Below, one piece after another: positions 10,045-19,036 of a stretch of 64,000 bases of DNA (its first letter is position 1; each line of letters begins with the position of its first letter). Source of the DNA: an uncultured Pseudanabaenaceae cyanobacterium. GTDB lineage: Bacteria > Cyanobacteriota > Cyanobacteriia > PCC-9006 > JAAUQQ01. A program made the translations under genes and the position numbers. The notes under the pieces were generated by a model. The model saw only the letters and a list, made by a program, of their open reading frames with translations. It had not been told where the DNA came from and searched no databases. The DNA lies in the NCBI GenBank assembly GCA_937949725.1, contig CALECT010000054.1, positions 19,213 through 83,212 on the forward strand, given 5' to 3'.

Positions 10045-10101
10045 ATGACTAGCACCCAGCGCTACAACTTTTTTTGGTTTATGGAGGTTCACCGGAAGTG
10101 A
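10045..10101 (+). CDS. Candidate 18-codon leader peptide MTSTQRYNFFWFMEVHRK (aromatic-codon cluster)
   Basis: ATG at 10045 and TGA at 10099-10101. Five of six consecutive codons (10063-10080) encode Tyr, Phe, Phe, Trp and Phe. The ORF ends inside the antiterminator arm and lies upstream of the DAHP synthase. Confidence 0.45.
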   Translation: MTSTQRYNFFWFMEVHRK

Positions 10102-10138
10102 GGCTCTAGTTAGCCTGTCACAAACTTCTCGGTGAACC
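10086..10138 (+). promoter_or_regulatory. Candidate antiterminator helix overlapping the leader ORF end and the terminator left arm
   Basis: 10086-10098 (GGTTCACCGGAAG) pairs with 10125-10138 (CTTCTCGGTGAACC): 13 Watson-Crick pairs and one bulged T at 10129. It shares nt 10135-10138 with the terminator stem. Confidence 0.5.
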
Positions 10139-10163
10139 GCAGTCCAAGGGCTGCGGTTTTTTT
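10135..10163 (+). terminator. Intrinsic terminator 70 nt upstream of the DAHP synthase start codon
   Basis: AACCGCAG (10135-10142), 8-nt loop, CTGCGGTT (10151-10158), running into a T7 tract (10157-10163). Confidence 0.7.
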
Positions 10164-10232
10164 ATGGTCTAAAAGCCTCCCAATCCTCATTACTCCTTCT
10201 CTTTCAACCCGCTTCAATCCAGGATTATTTCC

Positions 10233-11105
10233 ATGAAACCCGCTCCCCTTGTTGGCCGCAATAGCTCCAAAATTCAAGATGCCTCCCCAACCACTGTTCA
10301 AGTCGGCAACGCCACCATTGGCGGAACAAACATTTTCATCGCTGGAGGTCCCTGTGCTGTGGAAAGTGCAGCGCAGCTAGAAGCGATCGCCAATCACCTC
10401 GGCCCCAATCGCGGCAACGGTCATATCCAAGCCCTACGCGGCGGCATCTACAAACCCCGAACTTCGCCCTACGATTACCAGGGCATGGGCCAAGACGGCC
10501 TATCACTAATTCTCAATGTTAGCCAGCGCCATCACTTGCCCTTCGTTACCGAAGTTATGGCCATTGACCAAATTGAATCCCTCAGCGCCCATGCCGATAT
10601 GCTTCAGGTCGGCAGCCGCAATATGCAGAATTTCGACCTGCTCAAGGCCTTGGGCAAGGTCAATAAGCCTGTGCTGTTGAAGCGTGGCCTGGCCGCGACG
10701 ATTGAGGAATTCGTTATGGCGGCAGAATATATCGCCAGCCATGGTAATTCCAATATTGTGCTCTGCGAGCGGGGCATTCGTAGCTTCGACAGCTACACCC
10801 GCAATGTCTTGGATATTGGCGCGGTTGTGGCACTCAAGCAGCTCACTCACTTGCCAGTGATTGTGGATCCGAGCCATGCGGCGGGTCGGCGGGAGCTGGT
10901 GGCCAGCTTGAGCCGCGCTGCGATCGCTGCCGGAGCCGATGGCCTGATCATCGAATGTCACCCCAACCCTGACCAAGCTATTTCTGATGCCCAGCAAACG
11001 CTGTCATTGGAAGCCATGGCTGAGCTGGTGGAAAGCCTCAAGCCCATTGCCACTGCTGTAGGCCGCAGAGTTGCTGAGCCTCAGCGGCAATTGGTTGCAG
11101 CCTAG
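10233..11105 (+). CDS. 3-deoxy-7-phosphoheptulonate (DAHP) synthase, class I-beta (KDOPS-like)
   Basis: 290 aa. IAGGPCAVES, KPRTSPYDYQGMG, LLKRG and IVDPSHAAGRRELV motifs typical of the short bacterial DAHPS/KDOPS fold. Confidence 0.85.
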   Translation: MKPAPLVGRNSSKIQDASPTTVQVGNATIGGTNIFIAGGPCAVESAAQLEAIANHLGPNRGNGHIQALRGGIYKPRTSPYDYQGMGQDGLSLILNVSQRHHLPFVTEVMAIDQIESLSAHADMLQVGSRNMQNFDLLKALGKVNKPVLLKRGLAATIEEFVMAAEYIASHGNSNIVLCERGIRSFDSYTRNVLDIGAVVALKQLTHLPVIVDPSHAAGRRELVASLSRAAIAAGADGLIIECHPNPDQAISDAQQTLSLEAMAELVESLKPIATAVGRRVAEPQRQLVAA

Positions 11106-11116
11106 GCCCAAAAACA

Positions 11117-11148
11117 AGACACCGGATGCTTTAAAGCACCCGGTGTCT
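11117..11148. terminator. Hairpin between convergent genes
   Basis: AGACACCGG (11117-11125) pairs with CCGGTGTCT (11140-11148), plus an inner TGCT/AGCA pairing. Confidence 0.5.
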
Positions 11149-11190
11149 GACGCAAAACTTAGTTGCCTAGGCAGCTAGTAATAAAGTGTC

Positions 11191-11856
11191 CTATTTCAGC
11201 AATTCAATGTTGGTGAACAGAAACTCAGCCGTAGGTGCACTGCCATCTTTGGGAGTGATAGCACGACGGTTGAGGACGGAATAGCCTTCGACCTTTTCGT
11301 ACTCGTCTTCAAACAGGCTGACACCGCTGGTTGGCTCGCCGGTTTTGGGGTCGGAATAGACCGAGTCGTACTTATGGGAGAGATAGCCTTCGCCGGTTTG
11401 GTGGCTGCTCTGGGTGTGGATGGTGACGACGGTGCCATGCATGTGGCGATGGACCAAGGTGACTTCGTTGCCGTTGCCCTTGTCGGTGACTTCGTAGCGA
11501 TCGCCCTCGGCCCCGTTGGTAATCATCAGCTCAACAGCACCATTCTCTTTGGTTTCGCCATATTCAAAGCTGTTCTTAGCGTGGGTCTTGTCAAAGGGAC
11601 GGCGCACCCGGTGGATTGCAGTTTCCCACAGTTGGTTTTTAACCGCCTTAAAGACTTCCTCATCTTCAATGCCGGTGATTTCACCCGAAAAGCCCATGCG
11701 AGGATCGGGAGAAACCTTGGCCTTGCCGTGGAATTCAGCATCACCACATTTATAGGTCACATCTGCGGTGTAGCCAGGAAACTTCTCATCCCAGGTGTAG
11801 CGGTTGTCGTAGGCGGTACGGAAAAAGTCTTTGGCAGCAGTTTTTACAGCAGTCAT
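11191..11856 (-). CDS. Conserved cyanobacterial/plastid-lineage hypothetical protein (probably DUF3386)
   Basis: The ATG at 11856 gives MTAVKTAAKDFFRTAYDNRYTWDEKFPGYTADV, which matches my recollection of the DUF3386 N-terminus. Confidence 0.7.
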   Translation of the reverse strand: MTAVKTAAKDFFRTAYDNRYTWDEKFPGYTADVTYKCGDAEFHGKAKVSPDPRMGFSGEITGIEDEEVFKAVKNQLWETAIHRVRRPFDKTHAKNSFEYGETKENGAVELMITNGAEGDRYEVTDKGNGNEVTLVHRHMHGTVVTIHTQSSHQTGEGYLSHKYDSVYSDPKTGEPTSGVSLFEDEYEKVEGYSVLNRRAITPKDGSAPTAEFLFTNIELLK

Positions 11857-11964
11857 ATATCTTCTTTCGTCGGTGGCTTTCCCATTAGTGTAGCGCTTGG
11901 GCCTATCCAAGGAAGTACGGGCAGTTCTACAAAACAGGGAGGATGTGACTGAGCCAGAAGCCTC

Positions 11965-12348
11965 TCAAGTCTCTTGGGGTTGCATGACATTTAAGGGCTC
12001 ACAAAAAGCGACTAAGCCTTGCTGAAAAGCCGCGATCGCAACAGGCAGGAGCAATGGCTTTGGACAGCTCGAACTCTCGCTCAAATGGCGCACCAGATCG
12101 GGCACCTCAGGCGATTTCTCGGCCTGGGCCAACAGTTGGCAAATGGCCACGCGGTAGCGTTTGGTGTAGCTCACCAGCCACTGGTTGCTGCTGTCAGGGG
12201 TTAGCCCTGCATGGAGTGCCAGGTTGATGGCGGCATCTTCCACATCGCCATCACAGTCTTCGATTTCGTTGAGCGATTTTGTCATGCCAGGGTAGTCAGC
12301 CAGCTCAGCCCGCCAACGATCCAACTGCTCCAAATCAACGTTCAGCAT
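11965..12348 (-). CDS. Hypothetical protein
   Basis: 127-aa ORF with host-like composition and no recognisable motif. Confidence 0.5.
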   Translation of the reverse strand: MLNVDLEQLDRWRAELADYPGMTKSLNEIEDCDGDVEDAAINLALHAGLTPDSSNQWLVSYTKRYRVAICQLLAQAEKSPEVPDLVRHLSESSSCPKPLLLPVAIAAFQQGLVAFCEPLNVMQPQET

Positions 12349-12541
12349 GGTCTAGGGAAGGAAAAAAATTAATCAATCGGAACCAAATTGCCAGGCCAAT
12401 TGCCCAGCCTATCTGCTCGATTATTGACCACCTTAGCGTCACTCCTCAGGCCCGCGCTGCTGACCGTTACAAGCTGTTCACAACCTGCGACGGCGATTTA
12501 ATCACAACGAACACCTAACCCCAAATCGCGTTCAGCCCCAA

Positions 12542-13498
12542 TCACAACCGATACTGACGAAAGACATCGCTGGCGGCACGGTGCAGGAGCGAGTGGCGAT
12601 GGACTAGCTCCATCAAATCCTCGCCATAGCCCCCGCCAATGACGCAGGCCACGGGATAGCCCTGGCTGACGCAGGTGCTGAGGACTTGCATTTCCCGGCG
12701 GAAGAGGCCAGTGTCAGTGAGGGCCAGCTTGCCGAGGCGATCGCCCACATGGGGATCAACCCCAGCGTTATAAAAAACGATATCCGGCTTCACCTGCTCC
12801 AGCAGCCCTGGCAGATGCTCGCCAAGAATGCGCAGATACTCATCATCTTCAGTCCCTTCATCCAAGGGCACATCCAAATCGCTATCCTTTTTGCGCAGCG
12901 GAAAGTTGATGCCGCAGTGCATCGAGAAGGTAAAAACCTCGGGCTGATCACGAAATATAAAAGCCGTGCCATCGCCCTGATGAACATCCAGATCCACAAT
13001 CAAAATCTGCTTGACTCGCCCCGTCGTTAGCAAGTGACGAGCCGCCACGGCAAAGTCATTGAAAATGCAAAAGCCCGAACCGAAGTCTGGATAAGCATGG
13101 TGAGTTCCCCCCGCAGTATTGCAAGCTAGGCCTCGCTCCAGCGCTAACTCAGCAGTCAGTACCGTTCCAGAAACAGCACGGCAGGTGCGCTGAGCTAACT
13201 CCGCCGTCCAGGGCAAGCCAATGCGGCGCTGAGCCTTAGGGTCAAGTTTGCCATTGCAATAGGCATCAATGTAATCAGCCGTATGCACCAGTGGAAGTAG
13301 TTCTTGAGGAGATTGGTCCGGGCTATGTAATTGACTTTCGTTGACGACTTGATCTTTGACTAGGAGGTTTCGCAGGAGGCGAAACTTGTCCATGGGAAAG
13401 CGGTGACTGCTGGGCAGTGGGGCAACGTATTCGCGGTGATAGATGACGGGGAAGTCAGGGCGAGAACTTGAAGAAACGGGCGTTGCCATACGGAGCAT
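12542..13498 (-). CDS. Histone deacetylase-family (class II HDAC / acetoin-utilisation AcuC-like) zinc hydrolase
   Basis: GGTHHAYPDFGSGFCIFND, IVDLDVHQGDG, and a GGGY-like GGGYGED motif. The start is uncertain: ATGs at 13573, 13498 and 13489. The one at 13573 abuts the cta terminator. Confidence 0.85.
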   Translation of the reverse strand: MLRMATPVSSSSRPDFPVIYHREYVAPLPSSHRFPMDKFRLLRNLLVKDQVVNESQLHSPDQSPQELLPLVHTADYIDAYCNGKLDPKAQRRIGLPWTAELAQRTCRAVSGTVLTAELALERGLACNTAGGTHHAYPDFGSGFCIFNDFAVAARHLLTTGRVKQILIVDLDVHQGDGTAFIFRDQPEVFTFSMHCGINFPLRKKDSDLDVPLDEGTEDDEYLRILGEHLPGLLEQVKPDIVFYNAGVDPHVGDRLGKLALTDTGLFRREMQVLSTCVSQGYPVACVIGGGYGEDLMELVHRHSLLHRAASDVFRQYRL

Positions 13499-13573
13499 CG
13501 AACAGATGGATTTGCATTCAATGTAGCTTGCAGTCTGGGTCAGCGTGACCGAGAACTTGATTCTCAGTCCCAT

Positions 13574-13607
13574 AAAAAAGCGCTCTAGCCCAGTAGGCTA
13601 AAGCGCT
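13574..13607 (-). terminator. Rho-independent terminator of the ctaCDE operon
   Basis: Stem AGCGCTCTAGCC (13579-13590) with GGCTAAAGCGCT (13596-13607), one mismatch. A plus-strand A6 run (13574-13579) gives a U-run on the minus strand, 27 nt after the ctaE stop. Confidence 0.7.
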
Positions 13608-13633
13608 TCTCCACAGCAGTAAACCAAGAACCG

Positions 13634-14260
13634 CTATAGCAAATACAGCAGCAAGAACAGCACAATCCAAACCACATCAACAAAGTGCCAGTACAACTCA
13701 GCCGCAGCGATGCCAAAGTGGCTTTCAGCGCTGTAGTGGCCAGGCTCTCTAGAACGCCACAGCACTGCAAAAATCGCACCTAAACCCAGCATCACGTGCA
13801 AACCGTGGAAGCCAGTCAGGATATAGAACGTGCTGGCAAACAAGCTATCGCGTAAACCAAAAGTCAACTGGCTGTACTCATAGCCCTGGCCAAAGATGAA
13901 AATCACCCCCAGCACCGCTGCCAAGCCAAACCACTTGCGTACTGCCTTCACATCGTTTTCCTTAATCGCATCCTCAGCGGGATGGATCAAGAAGCTACTG
14001 GCCACCAGTAAAATCGTGTTGATCCCCGGCAGCAGCAGCTCCCGCTCTGGAATCTGATCCGCTGGAATCGCATTAACAGAGCGGAAGGTCAGATAGGCCG
14101 CAAACAAACCCAGGAAGATCATCCCCTCAGCAATCAAGAAGAGAATCATGCCAAAGATTCGAAAATCTGGATGCTCCTCATGGTCATCATGACCGTGAGC
14201 CTGGGACTCAGCCGTCACCAGCACCTGGGATTCAGAGGTATCAACCGTGGAGCCTTGCAT
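13634..14260 (-). CDS. ctaE: Cytochrome c oxidase subunit III
   Basis: 208 aa, multi-pass, with the C-terminal [15 protein letters not shown] signature. Confidence 0.92.
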   Translation of the reverse strand: MQGSTVDTSESQVLVTAESQAHGHDDHEEHPDFRIFGMILFLIAEGMIFLGLFAAYLTFRSVNAIPADQIPERELLLPGINTILLVASSFLIHPAEDAIKENDVKAVRKWFGLAAVLGVIFIFGQGYEYSQLTFGLRDSLFASTFYILTGFHGLHVMLGLGAIFAVLWRSREPGHYSAESHFGIAAAELYWHFVDVVWIVLFLLLYLL

Positions 14261-14360
14261 AGGTCAAAAATCAAGAAACAGAGCAAAAGAGCAATCAAAT
14301 ACCAACCGTTACCAGCCCTAGGGACATGTTAAGCCATGCCCCGACTGCCAAGGACTCAGC

Positions 14361-16043
14361 CTAAACAGGCGTTTTCCAAAGATCAGAGCCTTTCAGCGCC
14401 GTCACTGATTTCTTACCGGGCTTCGAGCCGTAGGCGTAGGAATCTTCGATCAAAGGGGGATCGCCTTCCCAGTTCTCGATAGGGGGAGGAGAAGTGGTCT
14501 GCCATTCCAGGCCCAGCGCATTCCAAGGGTTACCCGATGCCTTCGGCCCCGCAATCCAGGCATGGATGGCATTGTAGAGGAAGGGCAAGGTCGAAATTGC
14601 CAGCAAGAACGAACCAATGGAACAAACCAAGTTCACCGTTGCAAACTGAGGGTCATACTCAGCCACACGACGGGGCATGCCCTGCAAGCCCAGCCAGTGC
14701 ATGGGCATAAAGCAGAGGTTGAAGCCCACCAAGGTCAGCACAAAGTGCAGGCGGCCCCAGGTCTCATTCATCATCCGGCCGGTCATCTTAGGGAACCAGT
14801 GGTAAATGCCTGCATAGAGGCCAAACACGGAGCCACCGAAGAGGACGTAGTGTAAGTGGGCAACGATGAAGTAGGTGTCGTGGACGTGGATATCGAAGGG
14901 CACCGAAGCCACCATGACGCCACTCAAGCCACCAATCACAAACATGGACAGGAAGCCCATGGCAAACAGCATGGCGCTGTTGAGGCTAATCTTTCCGCCC
15001 CAGAGCGTTGCCACCCAGCTAAAGACTTTGATCCCCGTAGGCACGGCGATAATCATCGTCGCCACCATGAAGAACATGCGCAGCCAGGAGGGGGTACCAC
15101 TAGTGAACATGTGGTGAGCCCAAACGATTAGGCCCAGGAAGCTGATGGTGAGGGAGGAGTAGGCGATCGCCAAGTACCCAAAAATCGGCTTCCGCGCGTG
15201 AACTGGCAAAATCTCCGAAATCATGCCGAACACCGGCAGGATCATGATGTACACCGCCGGGTGAGAGTAGAACCAGAACATATGCTGGTAAACCACCGGC
15301 TCACCGCCCCCTGCAGGGTTAAAGAAGTTTGTGCCCACAATCAGGTCAAAGCTGAGCAGAATCAACGCCCCGGCCAAAACCGGCGTGGAGATTAGCACCA
15401 GCGCCGAAGCCGCCAACATGGACCAGCAGAACAGCGGCATCTGGTTGAACTTCAACCCCGGCATCCGCATCTTGATGATGGTCGTGCCAAAGTTCACGGC
15501 ACCCAGGATTGAAGAGGTTCCCAGGAGCAAGACGCTCAAAATCCAGATCAGCTCGCCGGTCTGGTTATTGGTCAAGCTCAACGGCGGGTAAGAGGTCCAG
15601 CCCGAGCCCGGCGCTTCAATCAAGAAGCTGCCAATCAGCATCAGTCCCGCCGGGGGCACCATCCAGAAGGCGACAGCATTTAGCTTCGGAAAAGCCATGT
15701 CCCGCGCGCCCAACTGAAGGGGCAGCAGGAAGTTCGCAAAAGCGCCGGTTCCCGCAGGCACAATCCAGAGGAAGATCATCACCGTCGCATGGACAGTGAA
15801 CAGTTGGTTATACAGCTCGCGACTGACGAGGTCAGAAGCTGGGGTGGCTAGCTCAGCGCGCACCGCTGTGGCCAGGGCACCGCCAATCAAGTAAAAGATG
15901 AACGTCGTCACCAAGTACTGAATGCCGATGACCTTATGGTCCGTACAAAAGGTGAAGTAGATCCACCAGGGGTGATGGCCTTTGTGCTGCGGACCGGATG
16001 GCGGTTTTGCAGCCCCTGGATTTTCCGTGATAGCTGAGGTCAT
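14361..16043 (-). CDS. ctaD: Cytochrome c oxidase subunit I
   Basis: 560 aa. TDHKVIGIQYL, WFYSHPAVYIMILP, WAHHMFT and VAHLHYVLFGG heme/CuB ligand motifs. Confidence 0.97.
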   Translation of the reverse strand: MTSAITENPGAAKPPSGPQHKGHHPWWIYFTFCTDHKVIGIQYLVTTFIFYLIGGALATAVRAELATPASDLVSRELYNQLFTVHATVMIFLWIVPAGTGAFANFLLPLQLGARDMAFPKLNAVAFWMVPPAGLMLIGSFLIEAPGSGWTSYPPLSLTNNQTGELIWILSVLLLGTSSILGAVNFGTTIIKMRMPGLKFNQMPLFCWSMLAASALVLISTPVLAGALILLSFDLIVGTNFFNPAGGGEPVVYQHMFWFYSHPAVYIMILPVFGMISEILPVHARKPIFGYLAIAYSSLTISFLGLIVWAHHMFTSGTPSWLRMFFMVATMIIAVPTGIKVFSWVATLWGGKISLNSAMLFAMGFLSMFVIGGLSGVMVASVPFDIHVHDTYFIVAHLHYVLFGGSVFGLYAGIYHWFPKMTGRMMNETWGRLHFVLTLVGFNLCFMPMHWLGLQGMPRRVAEYDPQFATVNLVCSIGSFLLAISTLPFLYNAIHAWIAGPKASGNPWNALGLEWQTTSPPPIENWEGDPPLIEDSYAYGSKPGKKSVTALKGSDLWKTPV

Positions 16044-16129
16044 GGGGATTGGGAAACGTGGTAGTAACAGAAGAATCGGACAAAACTGAAGTCAGGGGAT
16101 AAATTCAAAGCACTGATGAATTCAAAGCG

Positions 16130-17200
16130 CTAATTCAGGGCCATAGCGGGGTCATGGTTCATGAGGCTGTGGTCCATCGAGCCATGGTCCATGAGACTGT
16201 GATCCATCTGCTCATGACCTGAAGCCTGAAGTTGGGCTAGCTCCTCGGCGCGAATGTCCATGTCCATGGCTTGGACGATGGGATCGAGGAGGTTGCCGTT
16301 GGATGTGGGGAGAGCCATGGCGATCGCCTTACCTTCCACATTTGCCGCTGCAATCTGGGTCTGCATCCAGGCGTCATAGTCCGCCTCATCATGGACAATC
16401 ACCTGGGAGCGCATGGCCCCGTGATAAGGCCCACAAAGCTCTGCACAAACAATGGGATAAGTTCCAGCTTTATTGGGCGTAAATCGCAACTGAGTATTCT
16501 TGCCAGGGATCACATCCTGCTTCAAACGAAACTCAGGCACCCAGAAGGCATGAAGCACATCCTGACCTTCCATATCGAGCTGAACGTCCTTATTCACCGG
16601 CACATGGAGTTCACCGCTAATAAAGCCTTCGGGATAGTTAAAAAGCCAAGCGTATTGAAGCCCCTTCACATTGACGGTGACATCTGGAGCCGCAGCACCT
16701 GGAGCCGCACCGACCCCCGCCGCATACTTCTTGTATTCGGGATTCACCGTGCCATCAGCCAGCAGCATTGGCCCTTCAAAGGAACCACTTGCCATGGCAA
16801 CTTGGGCTTGGGGTTCCATAGAATGCCCCCCATGATTCATGGGATCAAGGCCCCCCATCTGGTTGTAAATATCAAAGCTATAAACCGAGATACCCATTAC
16901 CAAGACAGCAGGGATCGCAGTCCAGAGAATTTCTAACGGAATATTTCCATGGATGGGAGGACCATCAGATTCATCACCGGGCTGGCGACGGAATTTAATG
17001 GCCGAGATGACAATCAAGCCCTGAACCAAAAGGAACAGGCCAATTGAGATGGTCAGCATCACGTTAAACAACGTATCTACATCTGCTGCGGTATTTGTCG
17101 CAGCGAGGGGTAACAAGTTGTTGTTGAGACCAAACCACAAGCTCACCAAGGTAATAGCAATACCGGCGAGCAAAGTGAGAATTGTGACGGGAATATCCAC
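16130..17200 (-). CDS. ctaC: Cytochrome c oxidase subunit II with a His/Met-rich C-terminal extension
   Basis: CuA motifs HAFWVPEFRLKQD and CAELCGPYHGAM, two N-terminal TM helices, GTG start. The C-terminal tail is HEQMDHSLMDHGSMDHSLMNHD. Confidence 0.93.
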   Translation of the reverse strand: MDIPVTILTLLAGIAITLVSLWFGLNNNLLPLAATNTAADVDTLFNVMLTISIGLFLLVQGLIVISAIKFRRQPGDESDGPPIHGNIPLEILWTAIPAVLVMGISVYSFDIYNQMGGLDPMNHGGHSMEPQAQVAMASGSFEGPMLLADGTVNPEYKKYAAGVGAAPGAAAPDVTVNVKGLQYAWLFNYPEGFISGELHVPVNKDVQLDMEGQDVLHAFWVPEFRLKQDVIPGKNTQLRFTPNKAGTYPIVCAELCGPYHGAMRSQVIVHDEADYDAWMQTQIAAANVEGKAIAMALPTSNGNLLDPIVQAMDMDIRAEELAQLQASGHEQMDHSLMDHGSMDHSLMNHDPAMALN

Positions 17201-17900
17201 AGGAGCGACCGAAAATGAAGGGTTGAAAAGCGTGAAAACCCTATTGGGTAAAGCAAGGGGTGAAGAGGGAGCAAAGCTCTAGACCATATCAATCAAGCTG
17301 ATGCCTTCAGTTTGCCTAGCATCCATCGCCCTTAGCGGTTAAGCCCTATGAAAGGATGACGAGGGATGATACAGACTTAAATAACCGACTCTAGCCTAAT
17401 GCAGTCCTTGGCTTGGCGGCATTAGCGCGCAAGATGCTTAACGATTTGTTTGGAATTGCAGCGTCATGAAGAAGTTGCCGTTGAGGCAACTAAATCGCTT
17501 ATCTCTATTGAGCCCTAGTGAGATTTTTTGGGGCGGGATCATCCACTTTTGTAAACAACTTACAGGCAATATTTCAAAGCTTTAACGAGCAATCCCGATT
17601 GCATCACACCTCGGAAGGATAAAACATCAGATTCACGGTCTTTAATGACTTTTGAATCTATAGAAAACCCTAAAAAACGCTACAGCCCGTAAATATTGAA
17701 AATCTAATCGTTACAGTTATGGGGAGCTGTAATTCTAGAATTCAATATCGTGCGGTTTACATAAGGCTACAGAGTCATTCTTTAAGCCAGGCTGGTAAGG
17801 CAAGCTGCCCAGTCGAAAGCAGCATGGCTCCTTAAGCCGCCCCACGCAGCAATAATCTAGTCAAAGTCCAGCTCAATGACCTAGTAGGACAAGCGCCTCA

Positions 17901-18902
17901 ATGATTGAGTCTCTGCAATCAATCTCATCTGCCCAACGGGCTGACCGCTCTGGGATTCAATGCCCATCAGAAAAAGCGATGTCCCAAGTTCACTGGTTAG
18001 CCAGTCGGCTAGCGGGTGCGACCTTGGTACTGATGGCCATTGGCAGTGCAACGAGGGTCATGAATGCTGGCCTAGCCTGCCCCGATTGGCCGCTGTGCTA
18101 TGGCCAGTTGGTGCCTAGCCAGCAGATGAATTTGCAGGTTTTTCTGGAGTGGTTCCACCGCTTGGATGCTTCCCTCGTGGGGTTCGGCACGATTGGCTTG
18201 GCAACTCTAAGTCTCTGGAAGCGGCGCTTACTGCCGAGCTGGCTTCCCTGGGCGGCGATCGCCGCCTTCTTCCTAGTGGTATTCCAAGGTGTCCTTGGGG
18301 CCTTCACCGTCACAGAGCTATTGCGCTTTGACATTGTCACAGCTCACCTGGGCACGGCCCTGCTGTTCTTCAGCGTTCTGCTGACCATTGCGATTAGCCT
18401 TAAGCCTTACCAAGCCGTGGGCTCTGCTGGGTATTTGCGCTGGATAGGTTTAGCAGCTGCCCTACTGGTCTATGGCCAAAGCATCTTGGGCGGTTTAGTC
18501 GCTTCCCAGTGGGCCCTGCACCAATGCTTAGCAGGCTCTCAGTTGTGCAAAATCATGAACAGCCACATCTGGGGTGTCTTGCCAGCCACGATTGCTGTCT
18601 TAACACTGATATGTCTCACCCTCCGTAAGCCAGCAGTCTCCCCCCTCCTCAAACGCTTAGCCCTGGGAGCGGGATTGGCATTAGTTGCCCAAGCCAGTCT
18701 AGGCGTCGCCGCATTCAAACTCCGCCTTCAGGTCGAGCCCCTCACGGTGAGTCACCAGCTCGTCGGTGCCACGCTACTGGGGTTGCTCATTAGCTTCACC
18801 GTCATCGCTTGGCGGGATCAGTTCGAAGCTCAAAGCCTGCCCCAATCCAGTCCATCTCCCGCTATCACGACTGAAGCATTGGCTCCCCAAAGGTTGGCTT
18901 AA
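17901..18902 (+). CDS. ctaA: Heme A synthase (COX15/CtaA family)
   Basis: Multi-pass membrane protein with CPDWPLCYG and EWFHRLDA motifs. It is divergent from ctaCDE and upstream of ctaB. An alternative start is at 17979 (MSQVHW). Confidence 0.85.
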   Translation: MIESLQSISSAQRADRSGIQCPSEKAMSQVHWLASRLAGATLVLMAIGSATRVMNAGLACPDWPLCYGQLVPSQQMNLQVFLEWFHRLDASLVGFGTIGLATLSLWKRRLLPSWLPWAAIAAFFLVVFQGVLGAFTVTELLRFDIVTAHLGTALLFFSVLLTIAISLKPYQAVGSAGYLRWIGLAAALLVYGQSILGGLVASQWALHQCLAGSQLCKIMNSHIWGVLPATIAVLTLICLTLRKPAVSPLLKRLALGAGLALVAQASLGVAAFKLRLQVEPLTVSHQLVGATLLGLLISFTVIAWRDQFEAQSLPQSSPSPAITTEALAPQRLA

Positions 18903-19036
18903 CCACAGCTTCTCAGTCTTAGCTCACTCCCCGCATCTTCAACCTCTACTTCCAGGGCGATTACCTCACCGTTTTCATCAACATCGCACCTGACTCAAAT
19001 TTCTCTAGACCTCGTTTTATTAGGTGTGACCTCGCA

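Noticed and set aside
9838-10101. 87-aa ORF covering most of the wecG-DAHPS spacer
   Set aside because: As a whole it looks non-coding (TTG start, odd composition). Only its last 18 codons, from the ATG at 10045, make functional sense, as a leader peptide.
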